This document shows positions 42,990-51,985 of a stretch of DNA of 53,659 bases, piece after piece. Below the pieces are notes generated by a model. The model worked only from the letters and a program-made list of their open reading frames with translations. It had not been told where the DNA came from and did not search any database. Source of the DNA: Bacillota bacterium (GTDB lineage: Bacteria; Bacillota; Dehalobacteriia; UBA4068); assembly GCA_036733985.1 (NCBI GenBank), contig DAIMZM010000003.1:1-53659 (forward strand), given 5' to 3'. Position 1 is the first letter of the stretch. Each line of letters starts with the position of its first letter. Both the position numbers and the translations under genes were made by a program.

Positions 42990-44459
42990 TTACAAGGCGC
43001 TGGTCACCGTGGGCTCGCTGCCGGAACTGTCCGGGGTCACGCCATACAGGGTGACGCTGACGGCCTGCTGCTCGCCTTTACGGGAAATGATGATGGACAG
43101 GGTATCCCCCACGCTATGGCCCTGAATGATGCTGACCACCTGATCCGCGCTTTCAATGGCGGTATCGTCGATGCTGATGATGCGGTCGCCGGGCTGCAGG
43201 CCCGCGTATTCCGCATTGCCGCCCCCGGTGATCTTCAGGATATAAACCCCCTGCTCTTTTACGCCGTAGCTGTTGGCGGTGCGCTCATCGTCAATATTCA
43301 CCAGGGTGACGCCCAGAGAGACCCGGCTGGTCACATAGCCGTAATTGATCAGGTCGTTGATGATATCCTTGATATCGTTGATCGGGATGGCAAAGCCCAG
43401 GCCCTCCACGCTGATGCCGCCGCTCTTGGCCATCACCAGGCCCACCAGCTCGCCTCTGGCATTGAACAGGCCGCCGCCGCTGTTGCCGCTGTTGATGGCG
43501 GCGTCGGTTTGCAGCAGGTTATAGGTCTGCTCGCCAATGGTGATCTCCCGGTCCAGGGCGCTGACGATGCCCTGGGTGACGGTGCCGCCCAGCTGGCCCA
43601 GGGGATTGCCGATCACCACGGCGGGGGAGCCCACTTCCAGCCGGTCGCTGTTGCCCAAGACCGCCGCGGTCAGGCCTTTGGCGTCGATCTTCAGCACAGC
43701 CACGTCGCTTTCCGCATCCTGCCCCACCACAACGGCTTCATACTGATCGCCGTTCCTGAGGGAGATATTGATGCTCTGAGCGCCCTCGATCACATGATTG
43801 CTGGTGAGGATGTAACCGTCTTCCGAAATGATCACGCCGGAACCGGCAGCCGGGGTCAGGCTCCGGCCAAACCAGCCGTAATCCGTCACCACCTGGGTGA
43901 GGATCTCCACCACGCTGTCGGCAGCCAGATCGGTGACGGCTTTGACATCCACAGCGCCGCTGACGGTTTCCTGATCCGTTTCCACGCTGCGGTAAAGCAC
44001 GGTGCCGCCGGCCTCCTCAAAATACTTCTCAATGCTGGCCTCCAGATCTGCGGTGGCAGCCGTCACCGCCTGGCCGGCCGCATATTGCCCCCCGGCAAAG
44101 CCCACGCCCAAGGCCACCAGAATCAGGACCAGGCAGAGGACGATGGCCGCGGGCCAGGTGACGGCCAGGGGCCGCTGCCAAGGGCCGCCCCGCCGCCGGG
44201 TCAGCACAGAGCTGGGGCCGTCGGCCCAATCCGCCGCCCCGGCATAGCCCGGAGCGGAGCTGGCCACAAAATCCGGCCTTTCGCCATCAGTTGCCGGGGC
44301 AGCCCAGGCTTCAGTTTCTGCAGGCCGGGTTTCCGGATCCGGCCCGGCTGCCGCCTGGTTTAAGCCGGGGGCAGGGTTCTCCCCGGCGGGCGGCGAATCG
44401 GCGGAAAAATCATTTTGGCTTTCCCGCAGATCCTCTTCCTGACGTTCGTCTTCGTTCAT
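42990..44459 (-). CDS. htrA: HtrA/DegP-type S1C serine protease with N-terminal disordered/TM region and C-terminal PDZ
   Basis: TSNHV (His), DVAVLK (Asp), GNSGGGLFN (Ser), and a PDZ with GLQPGDRIISID. Start ATG 44459 (MNEDERQE). Confidence 0.88.
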   Translation of the reverse strand: MNEDERQEEDLRESQNDFSADSPPAGENPAPGLNQAAAGPDPETRPAETEAWAAPATDGERPDFVASSAPGYAGAADWADGPSSVLTRRRGGPWQRPLAVTWPAAIVLCLVLILVALGVGFAGGQYAAGQAVTAATADLEASIEKYFEEAGGTVLYRSVETDQETVSGAVDVKAVTDLAADSVVEILTQVVTDYGWFGRSLTPAAGSGVIISEDGYILTSNHVIEGAQSINISLRNGDQYEAVVVGQDAESDVAVLKIDAKGLTAAVLGNSDRLEVGSPAVVIGNPLGQLGGTVTQGIVSALDREITIGEQTYNLLQTDAAINSGNSGGGLFNARGELVGLVMAKSGGISVEGLGFAIPINDIKDIINDLINYGYVTSRVSLGVTLVNIDDERTANSYGVKEQGVYILKITGGGNAEYAGLQPGDRIISIDDTAIESADQVVSIIQGHSVGDTLSIIISRKGEQQAVSVTLYGVTPDSSGSEPTVTSAL

Positions 44460-44633
44460 TTTGCTTTTGACGCCTCCTTTTATTGCTGCGGCAGGCGAAC
44501 CGCCTGCCGTTCTTTTTCGGTAACGAGGATAGCATAACCGATACAAGTGAAAAATACCTGAACAGGCGTTGACGCCGAACTGAATAGCGAACAAAATGTG
44601 AACGACAAGCTTGAGAAGGCCCTGTTCATATTC

Positions 44634-44662
44634 TTGACAGTTGGTTCAGGCTTTGATAGAAT
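44634..44662 (+). promoter_or_regulatory. sigma-A promoter followed by an approximately 250-nt leader of the CNNM transporter gene
   Basis: TTGACA, 17 nt spacer, TAGAAT. Confidence 0.55.
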
Positions 44663-44696
44663 ATAAACACATGGCTGGCAATTTGTTAAACAAGGC

Positions 44697-44857
44697 AACC
44701 GTTCTTCTTTTGCCAGGGGCAGCGCAGAGACTTGAGCCAAAACCGGTTTACCCTTATTTACCCGCGCAAGCCGCTTTTGCGTTGGTGGATAAAGCGCAAA
44801 TGGGATTGTTTGAGTTCCCGGCCCCGCTGGTCCGGGGAAGGACGGTTTTAAAGTTTT
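44697..44857. repeat. degenerate member of the hairpin-pair repeat family, locus G (half-units only)
   Basis: AACCGTTCTTCTTTT (44697-44711) and GACGGTTTTAAAGTTTT (44841-44857) match the arm and terminal motifs of loci C and D. Confidence 0.5.
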
Positions 44858-44921
44858 AGCGCCATTTCCCCGTTCGGCAATAAAATACCAGGTACGGGAA
44901 CATTAAAGGAGGAGTTATTTC

Positions 44922-46256
44922 TTGGACGACCCCTTAGGGCGACAACTGCTGCTGATTCTCATTTTACTGGGCGTCAACGCTTTTTTTGCCGCGGCGGAAA
45001 TCGCCGTGATCAGCTTGAACGACAACAAAGTGCGGCGGGACGCGGAAGCCGGCGACCCGGCGGCGGCGAAAATGCTCAAGCTGGTAGAAAAACCGGCGCA
45101 ATTTTTATCCACCATCCAGATCGGCATTACCCTGGCCGGCTATCTGAACGCGGCCTTTGCCGCGGACAGCTTTTCCGACCGGCTGGTGAACTGGCTGGTG
45201 CAGGACCTGGGCTGGACCGTCTCCGCCTCTGTCTTAAACACAGCCAGCGTGATCCTGATCACGCTGCTGCTCTCCTATTTCACCCTGGTCCTCGGCGAAC
45301 TGGTGCCCAAAAGGGTGGCCATGGCCAGGTCGGAAAAGGTAGCCAAAATGGCCAGCGGCGTCATTACGGCTTTCGGCGCCGTCTGCAAGCCCTTTGTCTG
45401 GCTGATGAGCGTCAGCACCAACGCGGTGCTGCGCCTCTTAAAAATCAATCCCAATCATAACGACGAAAAAGTCTCCGAAGAGGAGATCCGGCTGATGGTG
45501 GACATCGGCGAGGAAAAAGGCGCCATCGAACCGGAAGAAAAAGCCATGATCGAGAACATCTTCGAGTTCAACAATATCACTGCCGAAGATGTGATGATAC
45601 ACCGCAAAGACATGGTGGTGGTCTGGGCCGACGACAGCCATGAGGAGATCCTAGCCAAAATCATGGACAGCGGCCTGAGCCGCTTCCCGGTCTGCGGCAA
45701 CGATGTGGACGATGTGCTGGGCTTGCTGCGCACCAGGGAATATCTGCTCAATTCCCACAGTCCCCACCCCAAGCCCTTCAAGGACCTGGTGGCCCCCATC
45801 TATTTCGTGCCGGAAACCGTGCCCGCGGACGTGCTGTTCCGGGATATGCAGAGCAAAAAGCTGCACATGGCCATTGTGGTGGACGAGTACGGCGGCACCA
45901 GCGGCCTGGTGACCCTGGAAGACCTGCTGGAAGAGATCGTGGGCAATATCTATGATGAATTTGACCCTGCCGGCGCTGAGCTGATCCAGAAGATCAGCGA
46001 CAGTGAATGGCGGGTCCGGGGTTGTGTCGAGATTGAAAAGCTCGCCGACGACCTGGATATCAAGCTGCCGGAAGACGATGAATTCGATACCCTGGGCGGC
46101 CTGATCTTCAGCAAGCTAAACGAGATCCCCGCTGACGGCGCGAACCCGGAAATAACCGCCTACGGCCTGCATATCCAGGTGGAAGAGCTGATCGACCACC
46201 GGGTGGAATGGGCCAGGATCACCAAGCTGCCCCCGGAGGCGGCAGAAAAGGCCTGA
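44922..46256 (+). CDS. CNNM/CorC/TlyC-family transporter (DUF21, CBS pair, CorC_HlyC domain)
   Basis: N-terminal DUF21 ([13 protein letters not shown]), CBS pair ([10 protein letters not shown].., ..[26 protein letters not shown]), C-terminal transporter-associated domain. TTG start after AAGGAGG. Confidence 0.88.
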   Translation: MDDPLGRQLLLILILLGVNAFFAAAEIAVISLNDNKVRRDAEAGDPAAAKMLKLVEKPAQFLSTIQIGITLAGYLNAAFAADSFSDRLVNWLVQDLGWTVSASVLNTASVILITLLLSYFTLVLGELVPKRVAMARSEKVAKMASGVITAFGAVCKPFVWLMSVSTNAVLRLLKINPNHNDEKVSEEEIRLMVDIGEEKGAIEPEEKAMIENIFEFNNITAEDVMIHRKDMVVVWADDSHEEILAKIMDSGLSRFPVCGNDVDDVLGLLRTREYLLNSHSPHPKPFKDLVAPIYFVPETVPADVLFRDMQSKKLHMAIVVDEYGGTSGLVTLEDLLEEIVGNIYDEFDPAGAELIQKISDSEWRVRGCVEIEKLADDLDIKLPEDDEFDTLGGLIFSKLNEIPADGANPEITAYGLHIQVEELIDHRVEWARITKLPPEAAEKA

Positions 46257-46302
46257 ACCCACAAAACCTAGCGCATCCTGATAAACATCAATATAGCAAA
46301 AA

Positions 46303-46342
46303 AACAGCGGCCGGTCAAGAAATTGATCCGCCGCTGTTTTTT
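46303..46342 (+). terminator. intrinsic terminator
   Basis: AACAGCGGC, 18-nt loop, GCCGCTGTT, then TTTT. Confidence 0.7.
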
Positions 46343-46363
46343 ATGGCGTTATTTATTATTAAA

Positions 46364-46470
46364 GATAAAACCGTTACTTTCTTGAAAGAAAGTAACGCAA
46401 AGAACTTTCAATTTATTCAAAGTAACTGCTGAGCATGGTTTGGGGTCCCGAAAGAAGAACGGTTTTATAA
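46364..46470. repeat. AT-rich inverted hairpin-pair repeat, locus E (right unit is a half-copy)
   Basis: GATAAAACC-GTTACTTTCTT-GA-AAGAAAGTAAC-GCAAAGAACTTTCAAT (46364-46413) and GAAAGAAGAACGGTTTTATAA (46450-46470). Confidence 0.75.
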
Positions 46471-46561
46471 TCTATTTTTTTTACTTTTTATAATTCTCAT
46501 GTATAAAATCCCGTCCGGTGATTCATAATCATAGCAAATCACTTTATATCAGGTGATAAAC

Positions 46562-46912
46562 ATGGTACAAAGAGGAGAAATCTATTTCGCCGAGCTAAAC
46601 CCGGTACAAGGCTCGGAACAGGGCGGAACCAGGCCGGTGCTGATCATCCAAAACGATGTCGGCAACACTTACAGCCCCACCACCATTGTTCTGGCCATTA
46701 CATCACAGTTGAATAAAGCCCGGCTGCCCACCCATGTGGAGCTCAGCTCCACCGAGAGCGGGCTGCAACGGGACAGCGTGATTCTGGCCGAGCAGGTGCG
46801 CACCATTGACAAAAGCAGGCTGAAGCAAAAGGTGACGGCGCTGCAGAACCCCACCATGCGCCGGATTGAAAACGCCATGGCTGTTTCCATGGGCCTGGGC
46901 GATCTGCGTTAA
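46562..46912 (+). CDS. mazF: MazF/EndoA (PemK family) type II toxin endoribonuclease
   Basis: MVQRGEIYFAELNPVQGSEQGGTRPVLIIQNDVGN..LPTHVEL..RDSVILAEQVRTIDKSRL is near-colinear with B. subtilis EndoA. ATG 46562 follows AGGTGA. Confidence 0.92.
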   Translation: MVQRGEIYFAELNPVQGSEQGGTRPVLIIQNDVGNTYSPTTIVLAITSQLNKARLPTHVELSSTESGLQRDSVILAEQVRTIDKSRLKQKVTALQNPTMRRIENAMAVSMGLGDLR

Positions 46913-46918
46913 CCCGGC

Positions 46919-47428
46919 TCAGCGCTGGCGGCCGGCGGCGCTGTTCATCCGCCGGGCCAGTTCCATCAGGCCTTCCGGGTCGCCGCCGGACTCCATCCGG
47001 CTGATCAGCTCCAAAATGAACTTCTGATTTTCATCGGAAAGCAGTGAACCGTACTGCTGCAGGATCTGCTTCAGATCCTCCACATTACGCACAGCCCCGG
47101 GCGGCGCCATGCCGTCCGGGCCCTGCTGGGGCTGGGGTTGGGCCTGGTTAAAGCCGGGACGGTTCTGGGCTTGGGCTTGAGGCCCCGGCTGCCGCTGCCG
47201 GGGATCCTGCGGCGCTTGGCGGCGGTTTTGCTGCTGCATCGGCGGCCTTTGGCCCGGTTGGGGTCTTGGGCCCGGCCCGGACTGCTGCCGGGGTTGCGGC
47301 CCCTGGGGGCGGCCCTGCTGTTGCTGCATCGGCGGCCTTTGGCCTGGCCTGGGCCCTGGCTGCGGTGCTGGGGCAGGCCGCTGGGACTGCTGTCCCGGCC
47401 CCGGGTTTCGTCCTCTATTATTGAACAT
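46919..47428 (-). CDS. Gln/Pro-rich low-complexity protein with structured C-terminal ~60 aa
   Basis: Good RBS (AAAGGAGGAAAGCCT-ATG). The N-terminal ~110 aa are repeats of the PGQRPPMQQQ/GPQPRQQ type. The C-terminus VEDLKQILQQYGSLLSDENQKFILELISRMESGGDPEGLMELARRMN is non-repetitive. Confidence 0.6.
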   Translation of the reverse strand: MFNNRGRNPGPGQQSQRPAPAPQPGPRPGQRPPMQQQQGRPQGPQPRQQSGPGPRPQPGQRPPMQQQNRRQAPQDPRQRQPGPQAQAQNRPGFNQAQPQPQQGPDGMAPPGAVRNVEDLKQILQQYGSLLSDENQKFILELISRMESGGDPEGLMELARRMNSAAGRQR

Positions 47429-47478
47429 AGGCTTTCCTCCTTTGGTTTTTCGATCAGGCGGGGCAGGCGGGCGCGGCG

Positions 47479-48297
47479 CTAATAGCGGTACCAGCCCGCC
47501 GCCCGCTGCCGGGCGGTTTCATAATCCGGCAGATCCAGCCCGGCCCGGGGGCAAGGGGCCTGGCAATAGGGGCAGGGGGAGACATAGCCGGCGGCTTCCG
47601 CCGGCGCCGGCTCCGCCGCGCCCGGGCAGCTGGCGCCCTCCCCGGCCGGCCCGGGGCCGCCGGGCTGTCCCGCGCCACCCATGCCCCCCAGATTGCCCAG
47701 GCTGGAGAGCATATTCAGCATAGACATCCAATCCATACCGGAAGCGCCGGCAAATCCATTGGTAAAACCATTGGCATTGGCCTGGTCCCCCGCCGCTTCC
47801 GGCCCCCGCTCCGGCGCGGGTTCAGGGGCCGGTTCCGGGATGGGGATATCCTGGAACAAGGCTTCCTGCACCGGCTCCGGTTCAGACTCAGGGAAGACCG
47901 GCTCCGGCTCTGGGGGCTGTGCTTTGCCCGGCTTCCGGTTAGGACGGGGCATCTGGGACATCATCCCGGCCAGATTGGAAAGCTGGGAAAGATCCGGGCC
48001 GCCGCTGCCGCCCAGGCCCTGGAGCATAGACAGCATGGCCAGGGAATTGTTGTTGCCGCCCTGATTACCTGGGTTCGCCGGGCCGCCCAGGCCGCCTAAA
48101 CCGCCCAGGCCGCCTAAGCCGCCTAAGCCGCCTAAACCCCCCAGGGCGGACAGCATGCCCAGAGGATTTCCCCCCCCGCCGCCTAATCCGCCCAGGCCGG
48201 ACAGCATGCCCAGAGGATTTCCCCCCAAGCCGCTTTTTCCGCCCTGGCCGCCTAAGCCGGACAGCATATTCAGCATGTTTCCGTCCAAAATGCCCAT
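47479..48297 (-). CDS. Gly/Leu-rich low-complexity protein with acidic Pro/Glu linker and C-terminal Cys motif
   Basis: MGILDGNMLNMLSGLGG.., (GGL)x7, GNPLGMLSxLGG x3, a PEPEP linker, C-terminal SPCPYCQAPCP. Coding is supported by length, in-frame repeats and its position upstream of the Q/P-rich gene. Function unknown. Confidence 0.55.
   Translation of the reverse strand: MGILDGNMLNMLSGLGGQGGKSGLGGNPLGMLSGLGGLGGGGGNPLGMLSALGGLGGLGGLGGLGGLGGLGGPANPGNQGGNNNSLAMLSMLQGLGGSGGPDLSQLSNLAGMMSQMPRPNRKPGKAQPPEPEPVFPESEPEPVQEALFQDIPIPEPAPEPAPERGPEAAGDQANANGFTNGFAGASGMDWMSMLNMLSSLGNLGGMGGAGQPGGPGPAGEGASCPGAAEPAPAEAAGYVSPCPYCQAPCPRAGLDLPDYETARQRAAGWYRY
48082..48144. repeat. in-frame 9-bp tandem repeat (7 units, GCCGCCYAR) encoding the (GGL)n tract
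   Basis: gccgcccag gccgcctaa accgcccag gccgcctaa gccgcctaa gccgcctaa accccccag. A 28-bp direct repeat GGACAGCATGCCCAGAGGATTTCCCCCC also occurs at 48148-48175 and 48199-48226. Confidence 0.85.
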
Positions 48298-48398
48298 ATT
48301 TACGCCTCCGCATTTTGTACCAGTATATGCGGCCTGCCGCCTGCCGCGCCTGTACCGGAAAAAAATGGCCGGAGAAGACCCAAACAGCCCGGCCCCTC

Positions 48399-48456
48399 TT
48401 GACAGAGAACCGGGGCGATTGTATACTAGATGTACTATTTGACGTAGTACATCTAG
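48399..48456 (+). promoter_or_regulatory. sigma-A promoter with overlapping 12-bp perfect inverted-repeat operator (likely the GntR/YtrA autoregulatory site)
   Basis: TTGACA (48399-48404), 17 nt spacer, TATACT (48422-48427). Operator CTAGATGTACTA-TTTGACG-TAGTACATCTAG (48426-48456). Confidence 0.7.
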
Positions 48457-48497
48457 CCCACCGGAGCGTCAGCCCCGGGGAAAAGGAGGTAAGGGAA

Positions 48498-48917
48498 ATG
48501 TTTGTCATTGACTATAAATCCCGAACCCCTCTCTACCAGCAAATCGTGGAGAATGTGGAGCGGCTGGCCCATGCCGGGCTGCTGCCCCCGGGGGGGCAGC
48601 TCCCCAGCGTGCGGTCATTGGCCATGACCCTCTCCATCAATCCCAACACCATTGCCAAAGCCTATGCGGAGCTGGAAAGCCGGGGCGTGATCTATTCCCG
48701 GACCGGCCGGGGCAGCTTTATGGCGGAAAGCCTGGAGGCCCTGTATCAATCCGGTCAGGCGCAGCTTAAAGCCAGGGGCAGGGAACTTTCCCGGGCCGCC
48801 CGGCGTCTGCACTTTGATAAGGCCGGCTTTCTGGATTTTTGCGGCCAATGCTGGGATGAGGCGGAGAGCGGGAGCCTGGACAAAGAGAGCGGGAAAGAAG
48901 GTGCAAGCCATGATTGA
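48498..48917 (+). CDS. GntR-family (YtrA-subfamily-like) transcriptional regulator
   Basis: PLYQQIVENVERL..GGQLPSVRSLAMTLSINPNTIAKAYAELESRGVIYSRTGRGSFM. Short effector tail. ATG 48498 follows AAGGAGG. Confidence 0.88.
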   Translation: MFVIDYKSRTPLYQQIVENVERLAHAGLLPPGGQLPSVRSLAMTLSINPNTIAKAYAELESRGVIYSRTGRGSFMAESLEALYQSGQAQLKARGRELSRAARRLHFDKAGFLDFCGQCWDEAESGSLDKESGKEGASHD

Positions 48918-49809
48918 ATCAGGGCAGCTGACGAAAAACTTCGGCGCCATCGCCGCGGTGAACAATGTGACCGTCTCCATTGGCCAGGGCCAGGTCTTTG
49001 GCCTATTGGGCACCAACGGCGCGGGCAAAAGCACCATGCTCAGGCTGATCGCCGGCATCCTCAAGCAGGATAGCGGCAGCCTGACCATTGACGGCGGGGC
49101 GGTTTTCGAAGCGCCGGAAACCAAGCAGAAATGCTTCTATATTTCCGATGACCAGTACTTTTTCCCCAATGCTTATCCGGATCAGATCGCTGATTATTAC
49201 GGCGCCCATTATCCCGGCTTCGACCTGCCCGGCTTCCATAAGCTGCTGGACGCCTTTGGCCTGGACCGGCGGCGGAAGATCAACACCTTTTCCAAAGGCA
49301 TGAAGAAACAGCTCTCCATCCTCTGCGGCCTGTCCGCCAATACCCCCTACCTGCTCTGCGACGAGACTTTCGACGGCCTGGACCCGGTGATGCGCCAGGC
49401 GGTGAAAAGCCTTTTCGCCGACGGCATGGAACGCCGGGGCCTGACCCCGGTGATCGCTTCCCACAACCTCCGGGAGCTGGAAGATATCTGCGACCATGTG
49501 GGCCTGCTGCATCAGGGCGGCCTGCTGCTCTCCCGGGATCTGGAGGAAATGAAGCTGAATGTCCATAAAGTCCAGGCGGTTTTCGAAGTCAATCTGATGA
49601 AGGATGATCTTTGGCCCTTGGAAATCATCAGCCTCCGGGATAACGGCCGGCTGCAGACCATGCTGATCCGGGGAGACCGGGAAACCGTGGAGCAAGCGGT
49701 AGGGGCCCACCGCCCTATCTTCATGGAGCTGCTGCCCCTGACCCTGGAAGAAGTGTTTATTTCCGAAACGGAGGTGGCTGGATATGAAATCCGCAACCTG
49801 GCTTTATAA
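48910..49809 (+). CDS. ABC transporter ATP-binding protein
   Basis: Walker A GTNGAGKST, signature FSKGMKKQ, Walker B LLCDETFDGLD. Its ATG overlaps the GntR stop. Confidence 0.9.
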   Translation: MIESGQLTKNFGAIAAVNNVTVSIGQGQVFGLLGTNGAGKSTMLRLIAGILKQDSGSLTIDGGAVFEAPETKQKCFYISDDQYFFPNAYPDQIADYYGAHYPGFDLPGFHKLLDAFGLDRRRKINTFSKGMKKQLSILCGLSANTPYLLCDETFDGLDPVMRQAVKSLFADGMERRGLTPVIASHNLRELEDICDHVGLLHQGGLLLSRDLEEMKLNVHKVQAVFEVNLMKDDLWPLEIISLRDNGRLQTMLIRGDRETVEQAVGAHRPIFMELLPLTLEEVFISETEVAGYEIRNLAL

Positions 49810-51979
49810 TGTCAAAGCGAGTTTGAGGCGGAAAGCCTGGTTCACGGCGCTGGTCACCATCACCCTGCTCTTCGCCCTGACCATCAACGGGGCCATGCAG
49901 GCCCAAAACCTGCTGCGCCGCTTAAGCCTGAGCGAAACCGGCCAGGTGGATTTTTCCCAGCTTTCGCAAATCTTCGGCTATGGCAGCGCCGCCATCAGCG
50001 TGCCCCTTTTAATTGGGGCCTTTGCCGCCGCCCTGATCTTTTTCGGCTACCTGCATCAGGGCAAGCAGGCGGACTTTTATCACAGCCTGCCCATCAGCAG
50101 GACCAAGCTGTTTCTGGCCAATTACCTGGCCGGCATGGCCGCGGTGATCCTGCCCTGGCTCGTCAATGAGCTGGCCGCCATCCTGATCATGGTTGCCCTG
50201 GGCGCCGGTTCTTATCTGGATCCCAGCGTGATCTGCGCCGGCCTGGGCGGGCATCTGCTCTGCTTCCTGGCCATTTATACCCTGACGGCCCTGGCCATGG
50301 TTTTTACCGGCCACCGCCTGGTGGGCGGGCTGCTGGCCCTGGTCTTCCTGGGTTACGCGCCCTTGGCCATCGCGCTTTTCCAATGGCTGGGCACCACCTT
50401 CTATCCCACCTGGTACAGCGACCTGATCAATTGGGGCAGCATCCTGGCCCACAGTTCGCCGGTTGCCCGCTATATCAGCCTGATGCTCAGGGACGCCGCC
50501 TACAGCCTGCTGAGCGTGGGCGATATCTATGCCCTGCTGGGCCTGATCGCCGTCAGCCTGGGCCTTTGCCTATTCTTCTATCAGCGGCGGCCCTCAGAAA
50601 CCGCCGGGCGGGCCCTGGCCTTCCCCTTGAGCCGCATCTTTTTCAAGTATCCCCTGGTGCTCACCGCCATGGCCGGTATGGGCATGGCCCTCTATGAAAT
50701 CGGCAATTTCAGCTGGGGCTGGTATATGATCGGCGTGGCCCTGGGCGGCTTTATCTCAGCCCAGATGCTGGAGATCATCAATGCCTTTGACTTCCGGGCC
50801 ATCCGGGCCAAGCTGCTGCCCCTGGCCGCCTGCCTGATCCTCTTTGCCGGCGGCTCCCTGTTCTGCATCAAGGACGTCACCGGCTACAATACCTATGTGC
50901 CGGATCCGGCGGACGTGGCCCAGGTGGAGATCGTGCTGCCGGATACTGCCATCACCAGCAGCTATACCCTTTACAGCTATACCCTGGATTCCGCGGCCCA
51001 AAGACAGGCTGACCTGCGTTTTCTGGGCGAAAGCCGGGAAGTTCAGCTGAGGCGGGGCCTGGTCGCCACAGAAGCGGGCATTGCCGCCGCTGTGGAGATC
51101 GGCAGGCGGCTGGTGGAGAACACGGCCTCGGAAGAGACAATGGACTGGCAGCGGAACCGTACCTCCGCCTATCTCCGCTATACCCTGAAGGACGGCTCCG
51201 TGCATACCCGCTCTTACCAGGGATCCGGCGTTTATCTGGACGATATCGCCGGGCAATTGGACGCCATCTATGGGGAGGCGCCTTTCCGCCAAGGCCTGTA
51301 TCCGCTGTTTGACTATCAGCCGGAGCAGGTGCTCCTTTCCGGGATCACGGTTTACGAGGACTATAGCGACGGCTATACCCAGCTGCTCGACAATGCCGCC
51401 GCCGCTTTTCAGGATCTGGAACCGCTGCTCGCCGCCTACCAGGAGGAGCTGACCGCCATGACCCCGGCCCTGCTGCGTCAGGAAACCGCCGTCGGCCTGC
51501 TGGAATTCCGGATTTACGCCTCCGCCCCCACCTGGGAGCAGATCGAGAACAACCGCCTCTGCCGGGAATGCAGCTACCCCCTTTACCCCTCCATGACCCG
51601 CACCATCGCGGCTCTGGCCCAATTGGAGAAAGGCGCCATACAGCCGGCAGACTGGCTGCCCAGGTATGAGGAGGCTGAGGAAGGCGTCTATTATACCGGC
51701 ATGAATGACAACCCGGACGACTGGGCGCTGATGGAGAAATACGGCTACGGCAGCTATCCGGCGGCAGCCACCAAGGAAAGCCCCTGGGGGGAGGCCAACA
51801 TCAAGAGCGAAACCATCACCGACCCGGAACACCTGCGGCAGCTAATCGACGCGACCTATCCCGATACCAGCCAGGGCAATGTTTTCCATACCCGGGATCA
51901 GGATCGCCAGCTGGTGGTCACCTACCGCAACCGCTATGGCGAAGCCTATACCCAGACCCGCTGGTTTGATCTGGAGTAA
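49784..51979 (+). CDS. ABC-2-type multi-pass membrane permease with about 350-aa C-terminal extracytoplasmic domain
   Basis: About 8 hydrophobic helices in the first 370 aa, then a soluble domain. It overlaps the ATPase gene end and has the RBS GGAGGTGG. Confidence 0.75.
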   Translation: MKSATWLYNVKASLRRKAWFTALVTITLLFALTINGAMQAQNLLRRLSLSETGQVDFSQLSQIFGYGSAAISVPLLIGAFAAALIFFGYLHQGKQADFYHSLPISRTKLFLANYLAGMAAVILPWLVNELAAILIMVALGAGSYLDPSVICAGLGGHLLCFLAIYTLTALAMVFTGHRLVGGLLALVFLGYAPLAIALFQWLGTTFYPTWYSDLINWGSILAHSSPVARYISLMLRDAAYSLLSVGDIYALLGLIAVSLGLCLFFYQRRPSETAGRALAFPLSRIFFKYPLVLTAMAGMGMALYEIGNFSWGWYMIGVALGGFISAQMLEIINAFDFRAIRAKLLPLAACLILFAGGSLFCIKDVTGYNTYVPDPADVAQVEIVLPDTAITSSYTLYSYTLDSAAQRQADLRFLGESREVQLRRGLVATEAGIAAAVEIGRRLVENTASEETMDWQRNRTSAYLRYTLKDGSVHTRSYQGSGVYLDDIAGQLDAIYGEAPFRQGLYPLFDYQPEQVLLSGITVYEDYSDGYTQLLDNAAAAFQDLEPLLAAYQEELTAMTPALLRQETAVGLLEFRIYASAPTWEQIENNRLCRECSYPLYPSMTRTIAALAQLEKGAIQPADWLPRYEEAEEGVYYTGMNDNPDDWALMEKYGYGSYPAAATKESPWGEANIKSETITDPEHLRQLIDATYPDTSQGNVFHTRDQDRQLVVTYRNRYGEAYTQTRWFDLE

Positions 51980-51985
51980 GAAGGC

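Noticed and set aside
46208-46432. 74-aa + strand ORF after the CNNM gene
   Set aside because: It spans the CNNM gene end, its terminator and repeat locus E, and has no RBS.
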